In this document: positions 20,845 to 30,514 of the stretch, one piece after another
How positions within the stretch are numbered: position 1 is the first letter of the stretch
Layout of the letters: every line of letters starts with the position of its first letter
Assembly (NCBI GenBank): GCA_044225365.1
Contig: JBGAIQ010000004.1
Span: forward strand, 160,001-224,000
Source: Planctomycetota bacterium
GTDB taxonomy: Bacteria > Planctomycetota > B15-G4 > JADJEK01
DNA: 64,000 bases
Direction: 5' to 3'
Position numbers and translations under genes: made by a program
The notes under the pieces: model-generated
The model's database searches: none
What the model saw: only the letters and a program-made list of their open reading frames with translations
What the model was told of the DNA's origin: nothing

Positions 20845-21858
20845 TTGAAGCCCACCTCCTGCCTCCTTGCCGCCGCCATCGCGTCCGCACTCGCGACTTC
20901 CGCGCACGCTCAGGTCTTCCTCAACGAGGTCTTCTACGACGCGACCGGTACCGACGGCGGCAAGACGTTCATCGAGATCTATGGTCCTCCGGGCCTCGAC
21001 ATCAGCGGCTACCAGATCCTCTCGATCGAGGGCTCGCCGAACACCACGCCCGGTCTCACCTGCGGCAACGTCAATCAAACGGGACCGATCACCCTGCCCC
21101 CGGGATCGATCATCCAGCCCGATGGATTCTTCGTCGTAGCGGATGCCGAGGCGGGCATCACTCAGGTCGTGTGCGCGCCCACCCACAACAATGGGCAGCC
21201 CGACTACATCGTCGAGAACGCCGACTTCGAGAACGGGCCGGATGAATCGGTCGAATTGGTTGCGGGTTTCAGCGTGATCGACGCGCTGCAGGTGACGGGA
21301 CCCACGCCCCCGACCTGCACGATCGATGTGAACGGCCAACCGATGGGATTCGGCACGCCGGCGCCCGACGTCTTCGGCGGGTTCAGCCTCGAGCGCTATC
21401 CCGCGGGCTCGAACACGGCGAACAACATCGTCGACTTCGGCGTCCAGGGCCGGCCCTCGCCGGGCTCGTCGCGCCTCCCCGGCGCACTCGTGTTCGACGT
21501 CGGAACGATCAATGCGACGAACGGCGGCGGCACCAATTTGTCGGTCAGCTTCGCGAACAGCGCGAATCGGCCGTACCTCGTCGTCGCGTCGGTGACGGCG
21601 CCCGTCGGCAGCTACCCGCTCGGCGTGCCCTACGATGCGATCACCGACGTCTTCTTCCAGCTCTCCGCGATCCCGAATCCGCTCGTCGTCAACTTCGCCG
21701 GGTACCTCGATGCGAGTGGCAAGGCCACCGCGACGTTCAGCGTCCCCGCTGGACTCGTGTCCCTTCCGGGTACGATCGAGTTCTACTTCTGCGCGATCAT
21801 GCCGGTCACGCTGAACAACAACCAGACGAACGTCGCGAACATCCACTTCACGCCCTGA
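20845..21858 (+). CDS. Secreted lamin-tail-domain protein with C-terminal domain
   Basis: TTG start after GAGGA; signal peptide ending AHA-Q; VFLNEVFYD..FIEIYG..DISGY signature. Confidence 0.8.
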   Translation: MKPTSCLLAAAIASALATSAHAQVFLNEVFYDATGTDGGKTFIEIYGPPGLDISGYQILSIEGSPNTTPGLTCGNVNQTGPITLPPGSIIQPDGFFVVADAEAGITQVVCAPTHNNGQPDYIVENADFENGPDESVELVAGFSVIDALQVTGPTPPTCTIDVNGQPMGFGTPAPDVFGGFSLERYPAGSNTANNIVDFGVQGRPSPGSSRLPGALVFDVGTINATNGGGTNLSVSFANSANRPYLVVASVTAPVGSYPLGVPYDAITDVFFQLSAIPNPLVVNFAGYLDASGKATATFSVPAGLVSLPGTIEFYFCAIMPVTLNNNQTNVANIHFTP

Positions 21859-21869
21859 TCGCGGGCGCC

Positions 21870-21901
21870 GCGGCGAGGTGACGACGCCGTCGCCTCGCCG
21901 C
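21870..21901 (+). terminator. GC-rich hairpin downstream of the lamin-tail gene
   Basis: GCGGCGAGGTGACG-acgc-CGTCGCCTCGCCGC; no U-tract. Confidence 0.4.
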
Positions 21902-21923
21902 CTCGAGCGATCTTCGAAGCCCC

Positions 21924-23150
21924 GTGTACCCCAAGCTCCGACCGATCGAGATCATCCCCTTCCAACAGTCCGGACGCGATGCCTTCGCGTTGCGCGATCC
22001 CACGGGACTCGCGCCGAACACGATCGTCGTCTCTCCACCGGTGCTCTTCATCCTCCAGCGCCTCGACGGGGAGCACGATGCCGCGACGATCCGCAAGGAA
22101 TTCGAGGCCGCGTCCGGCAGCCGCCTTCCGCCCGCGCAGCTCGATCAGCTATTGCAAGGACTCGACCAAGGGCATTTCCTCGAGGGTCCCGACTTCGAAG
22201 CGCACCGTGCGCGCACGATCGAAGAGTTCCGCGATGCGCCATCGCGCCCGCCGCTCCATGCCGGTGAGGCCTATCCGAGCGACAAGCTCGCACTGAAGGA
22301 CTGGTACTACTCCCTCGAGTCCGACGAAGGCACGCCGCACGTCCCGAGCGGGGCGCTCGTCGGCATCGCGGCCCCGCACATCGATTGTCGCTTTGGTGGC
22401 GCCTCGTGCCGCCTCGTCCACGAACAACTCGTCGAACGGCGTCCGGACATCGACACGCTCGTCGTGCTCGGCACGGGACATTGCGCGGGCGAGGATCTCT
22501 ACACGCTCACTCGTCAACACTACGCCACACCGCGGCGGGTACTGAAAACCGATCGCGAACTCGTCGATGCGATCGGCAAGCGCCTCGGGAGCGAGAACGT
22601 GTTCGCCGCCGAGATCCTGCATCGCGGCGAGCACTCGGTCGAGTTCCAGGCGCTCTTTGCCGATCTCGCCGCCGGCGATCGCGAACCACCCCGCCTCGTG
22701 CCCGTCCTCGTCGGCTCGTTCCACGAATACATGGCACAAGGCATCGAGCCGTTCTCGACCCCTTACGTCCGCAGCTTCGTCGACGCGCTGCGAGAAGAGA
22801 TCGATCGCCTCGGTCGCAAAGCGGCCTTCGTGGCATCGATCGATCTCTCGCACATCGGCCCGCGCTACGGCGATTCGAAGGGCCTCTCCGCCGCCGACGC
22901 ACGGCGCATCGAGATCGAGGACCGCGAACTGCTCCGGTTCGCCGAGGATGGCGATCCCGAAGGGTTCTTCCGCCACAACCAGATCGCGCACGATGCGCGA
23001 CGAGTCTGCGGGTTCTCCGCTCTGTACACGCTCCTCCGCCTCTTGCCGAACGCGCGCGGAACGCTCCTCCGCTACGACCAGACTACGTTTCCCGAGACCG
23101 AGGACACCGTCGCCCACTGCGCCATGGTGTTCGAACAGGACGACGCGTGA
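21924..23150 (+). CDS. MEMO1 family protein (AmmeMemoRadiSam protein B), long form
   Basis: HAGEAYP, APHID, LGTGH, HRGEHSVEFQ, SIDLSHIGPRYGD, VCG motifs. Confidence 0.9.
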   Translation: MYPKLRPIEIIPFQQSGRDAFALRDPTGLAPNTIVVSPPVLFILQRLDGEHDAATIRKEFEAASGSRLPPAQLDQLLQGLDQGHFLEGPDFEAHRARTIEEFRDAPSRPPLHAGEAYPSDKLALKDWYYSLESDEGTPHVPSGALVGIAAPHIDCRFGGASCRLVHEQLVERRPDIDTLVVLGTGHCAGEDLYTLTRQHYATPRRVLKTDRELVDAIGKRLGSENVFAAEILHRGEHSVEFQALFADLAAGDREPPRLVPVLVGSFHEYMAQGIEPFSTPYVRSFVDALREEIDRLGRKAAFVASIDLSHIGPRYGDSKGLSAADARRIEIEDRELLRFAEDGDPEGFFRHNQIAHDARRVCGFSALYTLLRLLPNARGTLLRYDQTTFPETEDTVAHCAMVFEQDDA

Positions 23151-24097
23151 ATCGAAGATCGCTGCGGAGACTCTTCGTCCTCGGCCGGGAGTCGGAAGCG
23201 ATCGCGAGCGCAGTAGCGCGAAATGCACCCGAGCTCGAAGTCCGGCACGCATCGTTCGAGACCGCGACGGCCGCAGAGTTGTTGCCTGCGGACATGCTCC
23301 TCGCGTTCCGCATTCCTCCCGCGTTGCACCACGCGGTGAGCGGGATCTCGTGGTTCCAGTCGACGGGCGCCGGCGTCGACGGACTCCTCGCGTGCCCGCA
23401 CCTGCCCAAGGACGCGCCGGTCACTCGTGTGCTCGACGTCTTCGGTCCCCCGATGAGCGACTACGTCCTGATGCGCTGCCTCGAGATCGCGCAGGACGAT
23501 GTGCGGCAAGGCCGAGGTCAGCGAGCGCGACAATGGGACGTGTTCTATCCGAGGTTGCTCTCCGAGGTCGTCGTCGGCGTGCTCGGCGTCGGTGAGATCG
23601 GCGGGACGATCGCGCGACGTCTCGCCCAGAACGGGGCGACGGTCATCGGGATCAATCAGAGCGGCCGGCCTGTCGATGGCCTGACGGAGATCGTGCCCGT
23701 TTCCCGACTCGACTCCGTACTTCCACGACTCGATGTGCTCGTCCTCGTTACACCGAACACCGTCGCGACGCGGGCATTGATCGGTCCCACCGAACTCGCC
23801 CGCATGAAGTCGAGCGCCTGGTTGATCAACGTCTCGCGCGGCAGTTGCGTCGATGAATCGGCATTGATCGCGGCGCTGTCGACTGGACGAATCGCCGGCG
23901 CGGCGCTCGACGTCTTCGAGATCGAACCCTTGCCCGAGTCCTCGCCCCTCTGGGACATGGAGAACGTACGAATCTCGCCCCACATCTCGGGGCTCACGCG
24001 GCCCGAGCAAGCCGCGGACGCATTCTTGCAGAATTACGCCCGACTGCTGCGGGGCGAACCGCTGCGCGGTCTCGTCGATCGCGCGCGGGGTTACTGA
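23147..24097 (+). CDS. D-2-hydroxyacid dehydrogenase
   Basis: GTGA overlap start; GAGVD, GVGEIG Rossmann motif, [23 protein letters not shown]. Confidence 0.92.
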   Translation: MNRRSLRRLFVLGRESEAIASAVARNAPELEVRHASFETATAAELLPADMLLAFRIPPALHHAVSGISWFQSTGAGVDGLLACPHLPKDAPVTRVLDVFGPPMSDYVLMRCLEIAQDDVRQGRGQRARQWDVFYPRLLSEVVVGVLGVGEIGGTIARRLAQNGATVIGINQSGRPVDGLTEIVPVSRLDSVLPRLDVLVLVTPNTVATRALIGPTELARMKSSAWLINVSRGSCVDESALIAALSTGRIAGAALDVFEIEPLPESSPLWDMENVRISPHISGLTRPEQAADAFLQNYARLLRGEPLRGLVDRARGY

Positions 24098-24474
24098 GCG
24101 TCGTCGCGAATCGGAATCGGATTGCGATCGTCGTCCACGGCGACGTACGTGACGTTCGCCGTCGTCACCTGAACCTTCTCTCCCGTCGCGTATCGCTCGA
24201 CCTCGACGTCCACCTCGACCGTGAGGGACGTCCGTCCGGTGTGAACGGTTCGTGTGTAGAACGAAACGGTATCGCCGACGAACACCGGCGACACGAAGAT
24301 CACCTCGCGCATCGCCTTCGTGACGAACACCTTTCGCGCCGAACGTCGCGCCTCGATTCCGCCTGCGAGGTCGATGTACGAGAGGATGACGCCACCGAAG
24401 ATCGACCCCATTCCGTTGGTGTCGCGCGGCAACATGGTGAGTCGGATCGCAGGGTTCGTTCGGTCGTAGGTCAT
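24091..24474 (-). CDS. Acyl-CoA thioesterase (hotdog fold, YciA-like)
   Basis: [36 protein letters not shown]. Confidence 0.9.
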   Translation of the reverse strand: MTYDRTNPAIRLTMLPRDTNGMGSIFGGVILSYIDLAGGIEARRSARKVFVTKAMREVIFVSPVFVGDTVSFYTRTVHTGRTSLTVEVDVEVERYATGEKVQVTTANVTYVAVDDDRNPIPIRDDAQ

Positions 24475-24542
24475 CAGCGGTTCACTTCGGTTTCGTGATT
24501 GGAAAGCAAGCGTGCGATCATACCCTGGGTGGACACCATGCC

Positions 24543-26039
24543 ATGCGCAACGTTGAACTGGACTCGATGACCAGGCCGCCGGAACCTCGACTCGAAGACT
24601 TCATCCAGGCGATCCCCGGGCCTGCGATCGTGCTTCGCAAGGACGAGCGCGTCGCCGCCGTGAACGAGGCGTTTCTCGACGAACTCGCCGCCGAGGACGC
24701 CTATCGCGAGACGATCGTCGGCGCATCGCTCGGAGAACTCGCTGACAGTCTCGACGCCACCGTGATCGAACCGCTCCGCAAGGCACTCGCGTGCGAGCGA
24801 CTCTCGTTGCCCGGCGTCCTGCTCTGGCCCTTCGGCGCGAAGCAGCCCGAGCGCTTCGACGTGAACATCGCGCGAATCGACGCCGCCCATTCCCTCATCA
24901 CGTTCACCCTCGATCCCGAGGACACCGCGCTGCTCAGCGAATCGCGTCGCATCCAACGCCTCGCCTGCCTGGGAATGGCGGCTTCCGGCGTGGCGCACGA
25001 CCTGAACAACCATCTCGCGGCGTCCATGAACACCGCGTCGCTCCTCGCCGAGGAACTCACCTCCGCGTCGCCCCACTCGAGGGCGCTGGAGATCATCGTC
25101 GGCTCTTCGAGCGAGGCTGCGGGACTCGCCCGCAAGTTGCTCGCTTTCGCGGGTCATGGGCAACCTCAGATCCGACCGCTCTCCCTCGAGAAGCTCGTCG
25201 CCGATGCAGCCTTGCTCGTGCGACACGAACTCCCGCGCGACGGTCGCATCCATTTCGAGTTCACGGCCGATGACCGTGAGTTGCATGGCGACGCGACGCA
25301 GATCGAACATGCGGCTCTATTGATGCTGCTGCGCACGGCACGCGCCCTCGACTCGAACAAGATCGCAACCGTTCGTTCGCGCCGGGTCGACGTGCCGCAC
25401 GCACAACTCTCGAACTTCAAACGTCGACTCGCTGCCGGTTCCTATATCGGCCTCGAATTCACCGCCCCGGTGACGAGCGAAGGCGCTCCGACCGTGGACG
25501 ACATCCTCGTGACGGTCGATGCGATCGCGGTCGAGCATGGCGGCGGACTCGTCATCGAGCGATCCGAGAACGAAGAGACGGTGAGGATCCTGCTCGCCGT
25601 GGCGCGCATCCACTCGGCGGACCGGTCGGAAAACGAACCGAACGCCGACGCGACGCGCGAGGATCGCACCGTGCTGATCGTCGACGACGACGCGATGGTT
25701 CGCGACGTCGCGGTGGCCATGGTTCGCCGCCTCGGTTACGTCGCCCTGGCAGCGACGAGCGGTGAAGAAGCACTCTCCGTCCTCCGCTCGAAGGACACAC
25801 ACGTCGACCTCGTGATCCTCGACCTCGTCCTCGGCGACATCGATGGCAGGACCGTCCTCCTCGCCCTGACCGAACTCGAACATCGCCCCAAGGTGATCGT
25901 CTCGTCCGGTTTCGGGCAAGACGACTCGATGACCCATATGCCGAAGACGGTCGGTACGCTGGAGAAGCCGTACACGCTCGCCGCTCTGCGCCAGGCCCTC
26001 GTTCGAGCATTCTCGAACACTGAGGCCGACGACGCCTGA
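24543..26039 (+). CDS. Hybrid histidine kinase / receiver protein with degenerate ATPase domain
   Basis: H-box GVAHDLNN; receiver VLIVDDD..LVILD..SSG..KPY; N and G boxes not recognisable. Start uncertain (24495, 24543 or 24567). Confidence 0.8.
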   Translation: MRNVELDSMTRPPEPRLEDFIQAIPGPAIVLRKDERVAAVNEAFLDELAAEDAYRETIVGASLGELADSLDATVIEPLRKALACERLSLPGVLLWPFGAKQPERFDVNIARIDAAHSLITFTLDPEDTALLSESRRIQRLACLGMAASGVAHDLNNHLAASMNTASLLAEELTSASPHSRALEIIVGSSSEAAGLARKLLAFAGHGQPQIRPLSLEKLVADAALLVRHELPRDGRIHFEFTADDRELHGDATQIEHAALLMLLRTARALDSNKIATVRSRRVDVPHAQLSNFKRRLAAGSYIGLEFTAPVTSEGAPTVDDILVTVDAIAVEHGGGLVIERSENEETVRILLAVARIHSADRSENEPNADATREDRTVLIVDDDAMVRDVAVAMVRRLGYVALAATSGEEALSVLRSKDTHVDLVILDLVLGDIDGRTVLLALTELEHRPKVIVSSGFGQDDSMTHMPKTVGTLEKPYTLAALRQALVRAFSNTEADDA

Positions 26040-26061
26040 GCGTTGGGTTCGAGGATCGTCG

Positions 26062-28179
26062 ATGAAATCGGGAAAGACTGGACTCCTCGCCGCGGCCGTC
26101 GTCCTGGTCGTGGCGATCGCCTGCGGCTTCTTCGTTCTCCTGTCGGGCAACTCGAACGAGGACGACAAGGTGTCGTCGACTTCGAGCACGGGTTCGGAGA
26201 GGTCCGATTCGAAGGCGCCACTCGAACCGCCGACGGTTCCGAGCGACCCCGCGCGGCGGGCTGCCGAAGAAGGCGAGAAACCGGCACCCCGCGTCGATGC
26301 GCCCAAGCTCGCGGTCGCCAGCGTGCACGGCGTCCTCCTCGATCGCGATTCATCGCAGCCCGTCGCCGCGGCCAAGGTCGTCGCACTTCGGGTCGACGGC
26401 TCTACTCTGGAACGCTTGACGACTCAGAACGGGCGTTTCGAGTTCAAGGACCTCGACGATGGGGAATCGATCGTGATCCACACCGAAGCGCTCGGATTCG
26501 CACCACCGCGCGAGCCGCCGCGGGTGAAAGCGCATCAGGATGGTGGCGAGGACGTCGTCGTTCGCGTCGCGCACGCGATCGTGCTGCGAGGACGACTCCT
26601 CGACGAAGATGGCCGCGGTGTCATGGCACGCCTCGAGATCCGCCGCGGCTCACGGCGCCTGTCCCTCGAGAGCGACGCGAATGGCGCGTTCATGATGAAC
26701 GATCTCGCCGGTCGACTCGGGTTCGACTCCAACCCTCCTGAGGCGCTCGGACAGTTGTGGACGCGCAGCACGACGCATCTCGACGCATTCCGTTCACTGC
26801 GGCGGAGCGAACTCGAGCGTGGCGACGAGATCGAGATCCGACTCACGAAGGGCGGCAGCATCCTCGGGCGCTGCGTCGCGGTCGGCGACGTCCCGTTGAG
26901 GGATCTGAACGTCGTCTGCTACTCGCGTGACAGCTCGCGCTTCGCGTCGATGCGATCGACGCGAACGGATGCCCTCGGAAATTTCCGGTTCGGCGGGCTC
27001 GACGCCGGTGTGTATCGCATCGAGCCCGCTGCGACCACGGACGACCTTGCACCCAACCACCGCTCGATCGAGATCGAGGTGCAAGACGCACGCGAAGTCT
27101 CGGGAGCCGAGTTCATCTATGGACCGGGGTTCTCGATCGGCGGAAGTGTGGTCGATCGCAAGGACGAGTCCCCGCTCCCCGACCGAATCGTACTCCTGAA
27201 TCATGACGACTGGCTCGAACCGCAGTTGACGGTGAGCGACGAGAAGGGAGAATTCCACTTCGGCCCGCTCACCGAGGGGAAGTACACGGTCGTGCTCCGC
27301 GGCATCTCGCTGCGCGACCCCGCAGAGCCGCAGATCATCGAGGTCGCGGCGGGCGTGACCGATATCCGGTTCAAGGTCGACGAACCGCTGCGCGACGGCG
27401 TCCTCGCGTTGAAATTGTACGATGCGGCATCTGGCAAACCGCTGGAGCCGGGAACCGAGGTCTCCCTCCACGTCATCGGGCACGGGGACAACGATCGTCG
27501 CGTGCGTTTCGCCTCGGGCGCGATCTGCGAAGAAGGCGGTGTCGCCGTGCTACGGCGCCTGCGCCGTTGGCGCTACGAAGTCGAGATCATCGTCGGCGGA
27601 TTCGCCACGAAGCGCGTGGAATTCAATGTGACCAAGGAAGCGGAGCGGATCGAACTCGATGTGCCGCTCGTCGTGGGTGTCACGGTGCGCGGTCGCGTGC
27701 TCGACCCTTCCGGCAAGCCGATCGAAGGCGCGCGTGTCGCGAGCTTCCGCAAGGATGCCCTCGATCTCACCCTCACCGACGAGAGCGGTGTCCTGAGTGA
27801 CGTCGATGGCGCGTTCACGCTCGAGCACGTCCCGCTCGAGGAGTCGTACGTCGCCGCGAAGGCAAGTGGTCTCGCTGCCTCACGCGTGGCACTCGAAGCC
27901 GGGAACCGCGACGTCGCCGGCCTCACGCTCCGCCTCTCGCACGGTGTGACGATCTACGGTTACGTACACCACCCGAACGGATACCCCGCGTACCGGTTCT
28001 TGCTCGAACTCACGGGCGCCGTCGCAGCGGAATCGGCGAGCACGGACGATTCGGGACGCTTCGAGTTCGAGGACGTCGAGCCGGGTCCGTTCACGATTCG
28101 CGACGGCGATGGCGCCGTGCTCTACGAGGACACCGTGGGCGAGGAGCCACTCGAGGTCGAACTGGAAGTCCCCGACTGA
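26062..28179 (+). CDS. Membrane-anchored carboxypeptidase-regulatory-like repeat protein
   Basis: N-terminal TM anchor; repeats GRVLDPSGKPIEGARV, TDALGNFRF, TDDSGRFEF. Confidence 0.85.
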   Translation: MKSGKTGLLAAAVVLVVAIACGFFVLLSGNSNEDDKVSSTSSTGSERSDSKAPLEPPTVPSDPARRAAEEGEKPAPRVDAPKLAVASVHGVLLDRDSSQPVAAAKVVALRVDGSTLERLTTQNGRFEFKDLDDGESIVIHTEALGFAPPREPPRVKAHQDGGEDVVVRVAHAIVLRGRLLDEDGRGVMARLEIRRGSRRLSLESDANGAFMMNDLAGRLGFDSNPPEALGQLWTRSTTHLDAFRSLRRSELERGDEIEIRLTKGGSILGRCVAVGDVPLRDLNVVCYSRDSSRFASMRSTRTDALGNFRFGGLDAGVYRIEPAATTDDLAPNHRSIEIEVQDAREVSGAEFIYGPGFSIGGSVVDRKDESPLPDRIVLLNHDDWLEPQLTVSDEKGEFHFGPLTEGKYTVVLRGISLRDPAEPQIIEVAAGVTDIRFKVDEPLRDGVLALKLYDAASGKPLEPGTEVSLHVIGHGDNDRRVRFASGAICEEGGVAVLRRLRRWRYEVEIIVGGFATKRVEFNVTKEAERIELDVPLVVGVTVRGRVLDPSGKPIEGARVASFRKDALDLTLTDESGVLSDVDGAFTLEHVPLEESYVAAKASGLAASRVALEAGNRDVAGLTLRLSHGVTIYGYVHHPNGYPAYRFLLELTGAVAAESASTDDSGRFEFEDVEPGPFTIRDGDGAVLYEDTVGEEPLEVELEVPD

Positions 28180-28198
28180 GGACCGACGGCGGGCCGCG

Positions 28199-29209
28199 TC
28201 AGTTCTCGCGCGCCGCGAGCAGACAAGCCTTGATCGCGGATGCGAGAGACTGCGCCTCGGCCGACTCGAACTTGCCGGCACGCAGATCGACGTCGACGAC
28301 GAACACGCCGGGCTTGAAGCCGGACCCTTCGAGCTGATCGCGCAGCGAACTCTCGAGCGGTCGCTTGAACTCGTTCGCCTCCGATCCGTGGCACTTTCCG
28401 CAGTCGAGCTTCAAGTCGCTCTTCACGAACTTGCGGGCGCCTTCGGCGTCGCCCTTCGTCTCGAGTTCGGTCACCTTGGCCACGTCGGCGCGCAGTTCCT
28501 TCAGTTGATCGCGGTACACGCCGAGCGTCTTCGGAACGATGACGGCGGTCCGTAGGTTCTCGGAGAACAGCTCGATCTTCGCGGCTTGATCGTCGAACGC
28601 CTTGATCTTCGGAGCGAGCGGGTCGGATTTCTCCGCCGCGGCTTCGAGATCGCGCCAGCAGTCGGCGAACTCCCACATCAAGTGATGATGCTTCAGGAGC
28701 ACCCACGCCTTCTTGTCGGCGGGCTTCGGCGGCGGCTTGGCGCTCGACATCACCGCGTCGCGCCGCTTGATGACGCCGCCGATGTCCTCGTTCGACGCGT
28801 CGCTGAGGACGACGCCGTCGGGTTTGTCGAACTGCTTCACGAACGGTGCGAAGTCGGCGATCTCCTTCCCATACTCGTCGAACACTCCGGCCTTTCGAAT
28901 GCTGCCGTCGGGAGAGAGACAGGCGCCGACGCGCACGACCTTGCCGCGCCAGGTGAGATCGACGAGGGCGACCTTGTACACCCCGTCGCTGGCCTCGGCC
29001 TGATAACGCCGCAAGCTCTTCACCGAATCCTGCCCGACCGCCGTGCGCGCGATCCACTTCGACTGCGCCGCCGTCGTGAGTTCGGGCAGCGACGAGACTC
29101 GCGATCCGGCCTTGTCGACGAGTCGCTTGATCCGCTCGCCGTCCTTCTCACCGGGAGCCGCGAACAGCATGAGAAGGAAGGCGCCCGCGAGCGCATGTCG
29201 TACGACCAT
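28199..29209 (-). CDS. Secreted mono-heme c-type cytochrome, hypothetical
   Basis: AAGGAG before ATG 29209; signal peptide; CGKCH after a helical region. Confidence 0.7.
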   Translation of the reverse strand: MVVRHALAGAFLLMLFAAPGEKDGERIKRLVDKAGSRVSSLPELTTAAQSKWIARTAVGQDSVKSLRRYQAEASDGVYKVALVDLTWRGKVVRVGACLSPDGSIRKAGVFDEYGKEIADFAPFVKQFDKPDGVVLSDASNEDIGGVIKRRDAVMSSAKPPPKPADKKAWVLLKHHHLMWEFADCWRDLEAAAEKSDPLAPKIKAFDDQAAKIELFSENLRTAVIVPKTLGVYRDQLKELRADVAKVTELETKGDAEGARKFVKSDLKLDCGKCHGSEANEFKRPLESSLRDQLEGSGFKPGVFVVDVDLRAGKFESAEAQSLASAIKACLLAAREN

Positions 29210-29239
29210 GGTGACTCCTTGGACCCCGGGGCGGGCCAT

Positions 29240-30508
29240 TCAGCGATTCACATTCGACGTGGCGAGGATATTGCCGAGGACCGTCGAGAACAACGAGCCG
29301 ACGAGACCGATCAGGATGCAGACGATGCCGTCCGTCGATCGCTCGGCGCCGAAGACGTCGCCCACGAGGAGGACGCCCGTGGTGCCGATCAGCACGAGCG
29401 AGACGGTCAGTGCGATCATGAAGATCCGGGTGGCGCCGGGAGCGCACTTGCCGGCGGACGACGCCGGGATCGTGAGGACCGCGTAGATCAACGCGGCCAC
29501 GGCAGGCGGGAAGCCGATCGCCCAACCCAGGATCGCGCCGAACAGCGCCGATGCGAGGATGGCGCCCACGGCGTAGGCCGCGGCGCGCTCCGCCGCGGTG
29601 AGCGCTTGCCGCCCGAACGGATCGGTCGCGAGGAGCAGATTGAAGAACGGGTGAGCGAGCCAGGAGCCGAGCATGAGGAGCACGAAGACGATCTGGAAGA
29701 TGAGCGCGTAATCGTGTCCGCGGTTCGACTTGTCGAGCGCGTCCACCGCGAGCCTCAGGGCGACGTACGAACCACCGAACAGCGCGGTTCGCATACCTCG
29801 TGGCTGGCGCGACATCCACAGCACGTACGTGAGCAAAGGGCGATAGAGCGGATTCTTCGCTTTCATCGCCTCGACGAGCCCGGCGCGCGCCGATTCGAGA
29901 TTCGGATTGCGGCGGAGCGCTTCGCTGAAGTGGAAACGCGCGGCGGCGTATTCCTTGTGTTCGAGCGCGAACCATCCGCGGTTGGAATGCGTGAAGGGGT
30001 CCTCGGGATCGTTGCTGAGCGCTGCGTTCAGGGTCTGCCGCGCTTCGTCGTGGTTTCCAAGTCGTTGAAGCGCGCGCGCCCGGGCGTTCAAGCATTCGCT
30101 CGACTCGGGGTCGAGTTCGAGTCCGCGGTTCGCAGCGTCGAGCGCCTCGTCGTGACGACCGAGCGCGAGGAGGTAGATGCCGTGCAGCCCGTGGTAGTAC
30201 GGAGCACGCGGCGCGAGACGCAGCGCGTCCTCGATCGCGGCGACGGCGATCTTGTAGCGACCGGTCGCCGCGACGCTCGCGGCGAGCGAGAAGTGCGCGA
30301 ACGACGACTGCGGATCGATCGCGATCGCCTGGCGCGCAGCTTCCTCTGCCGACTCGAACTCCTTCTTGCCGGTACGACAGAGTGCGAGCAGAGCAACGGC
30401 ATCGACGTCACCCGGCGCGTCGGCGAGGTGACTGCGCAAGGTCTCGATCGCGGCGTCGTGGCGGCCCTGTTCGTACAAGAGCCGCGCTCGCTCCAGGCTT
30501 CCCGCCAT
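29240..30508 (-). CDS. TPR-repeat protein with C-terminal multi-TM domain
   Basis: About 6 TPR units (AIAIDP, ALRLAP, GLELDP, ALSNDP) followed by several hydrophobic helices. Confidence 0.85.
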   Translation of the reverse strand: MAGSLERARLLYEQGRHDAAIETLRSHLADAPGDVDAVALLALCRTGKKEFESAEEAARQAIAIDPQSSFAHFSLAASVAATGRYKIAVAAIEDALRLAPRAPYYHGLHGIYLLALGRHDEALDAANRGLELDPESSECLNARARALQRLGNHDEARQTLNAALSNDPEDPFTHSNRGWFALEHKEYAAARFHFSEALRRNPNLESARAGLVEAMKAKNPLYRPLLTYVLWMSRQPRGMRTALFGGSYVALRLAVDALDKSNRGHDYALIFQIVFVLLMLGSWLAHPFFNLLLATDPFGRQALTAAERAAAYAVGAILASALFGAILGWAIGFPPAVAALIYAVLTIPASSAGKCAPGATRIFMIALTVSLVLIGTTGVLLVGDVFGAERSTDGIVCILIGLVGSLFSTVLGNILATSNVNR

Positions 30509-30514
30509 CTGATC

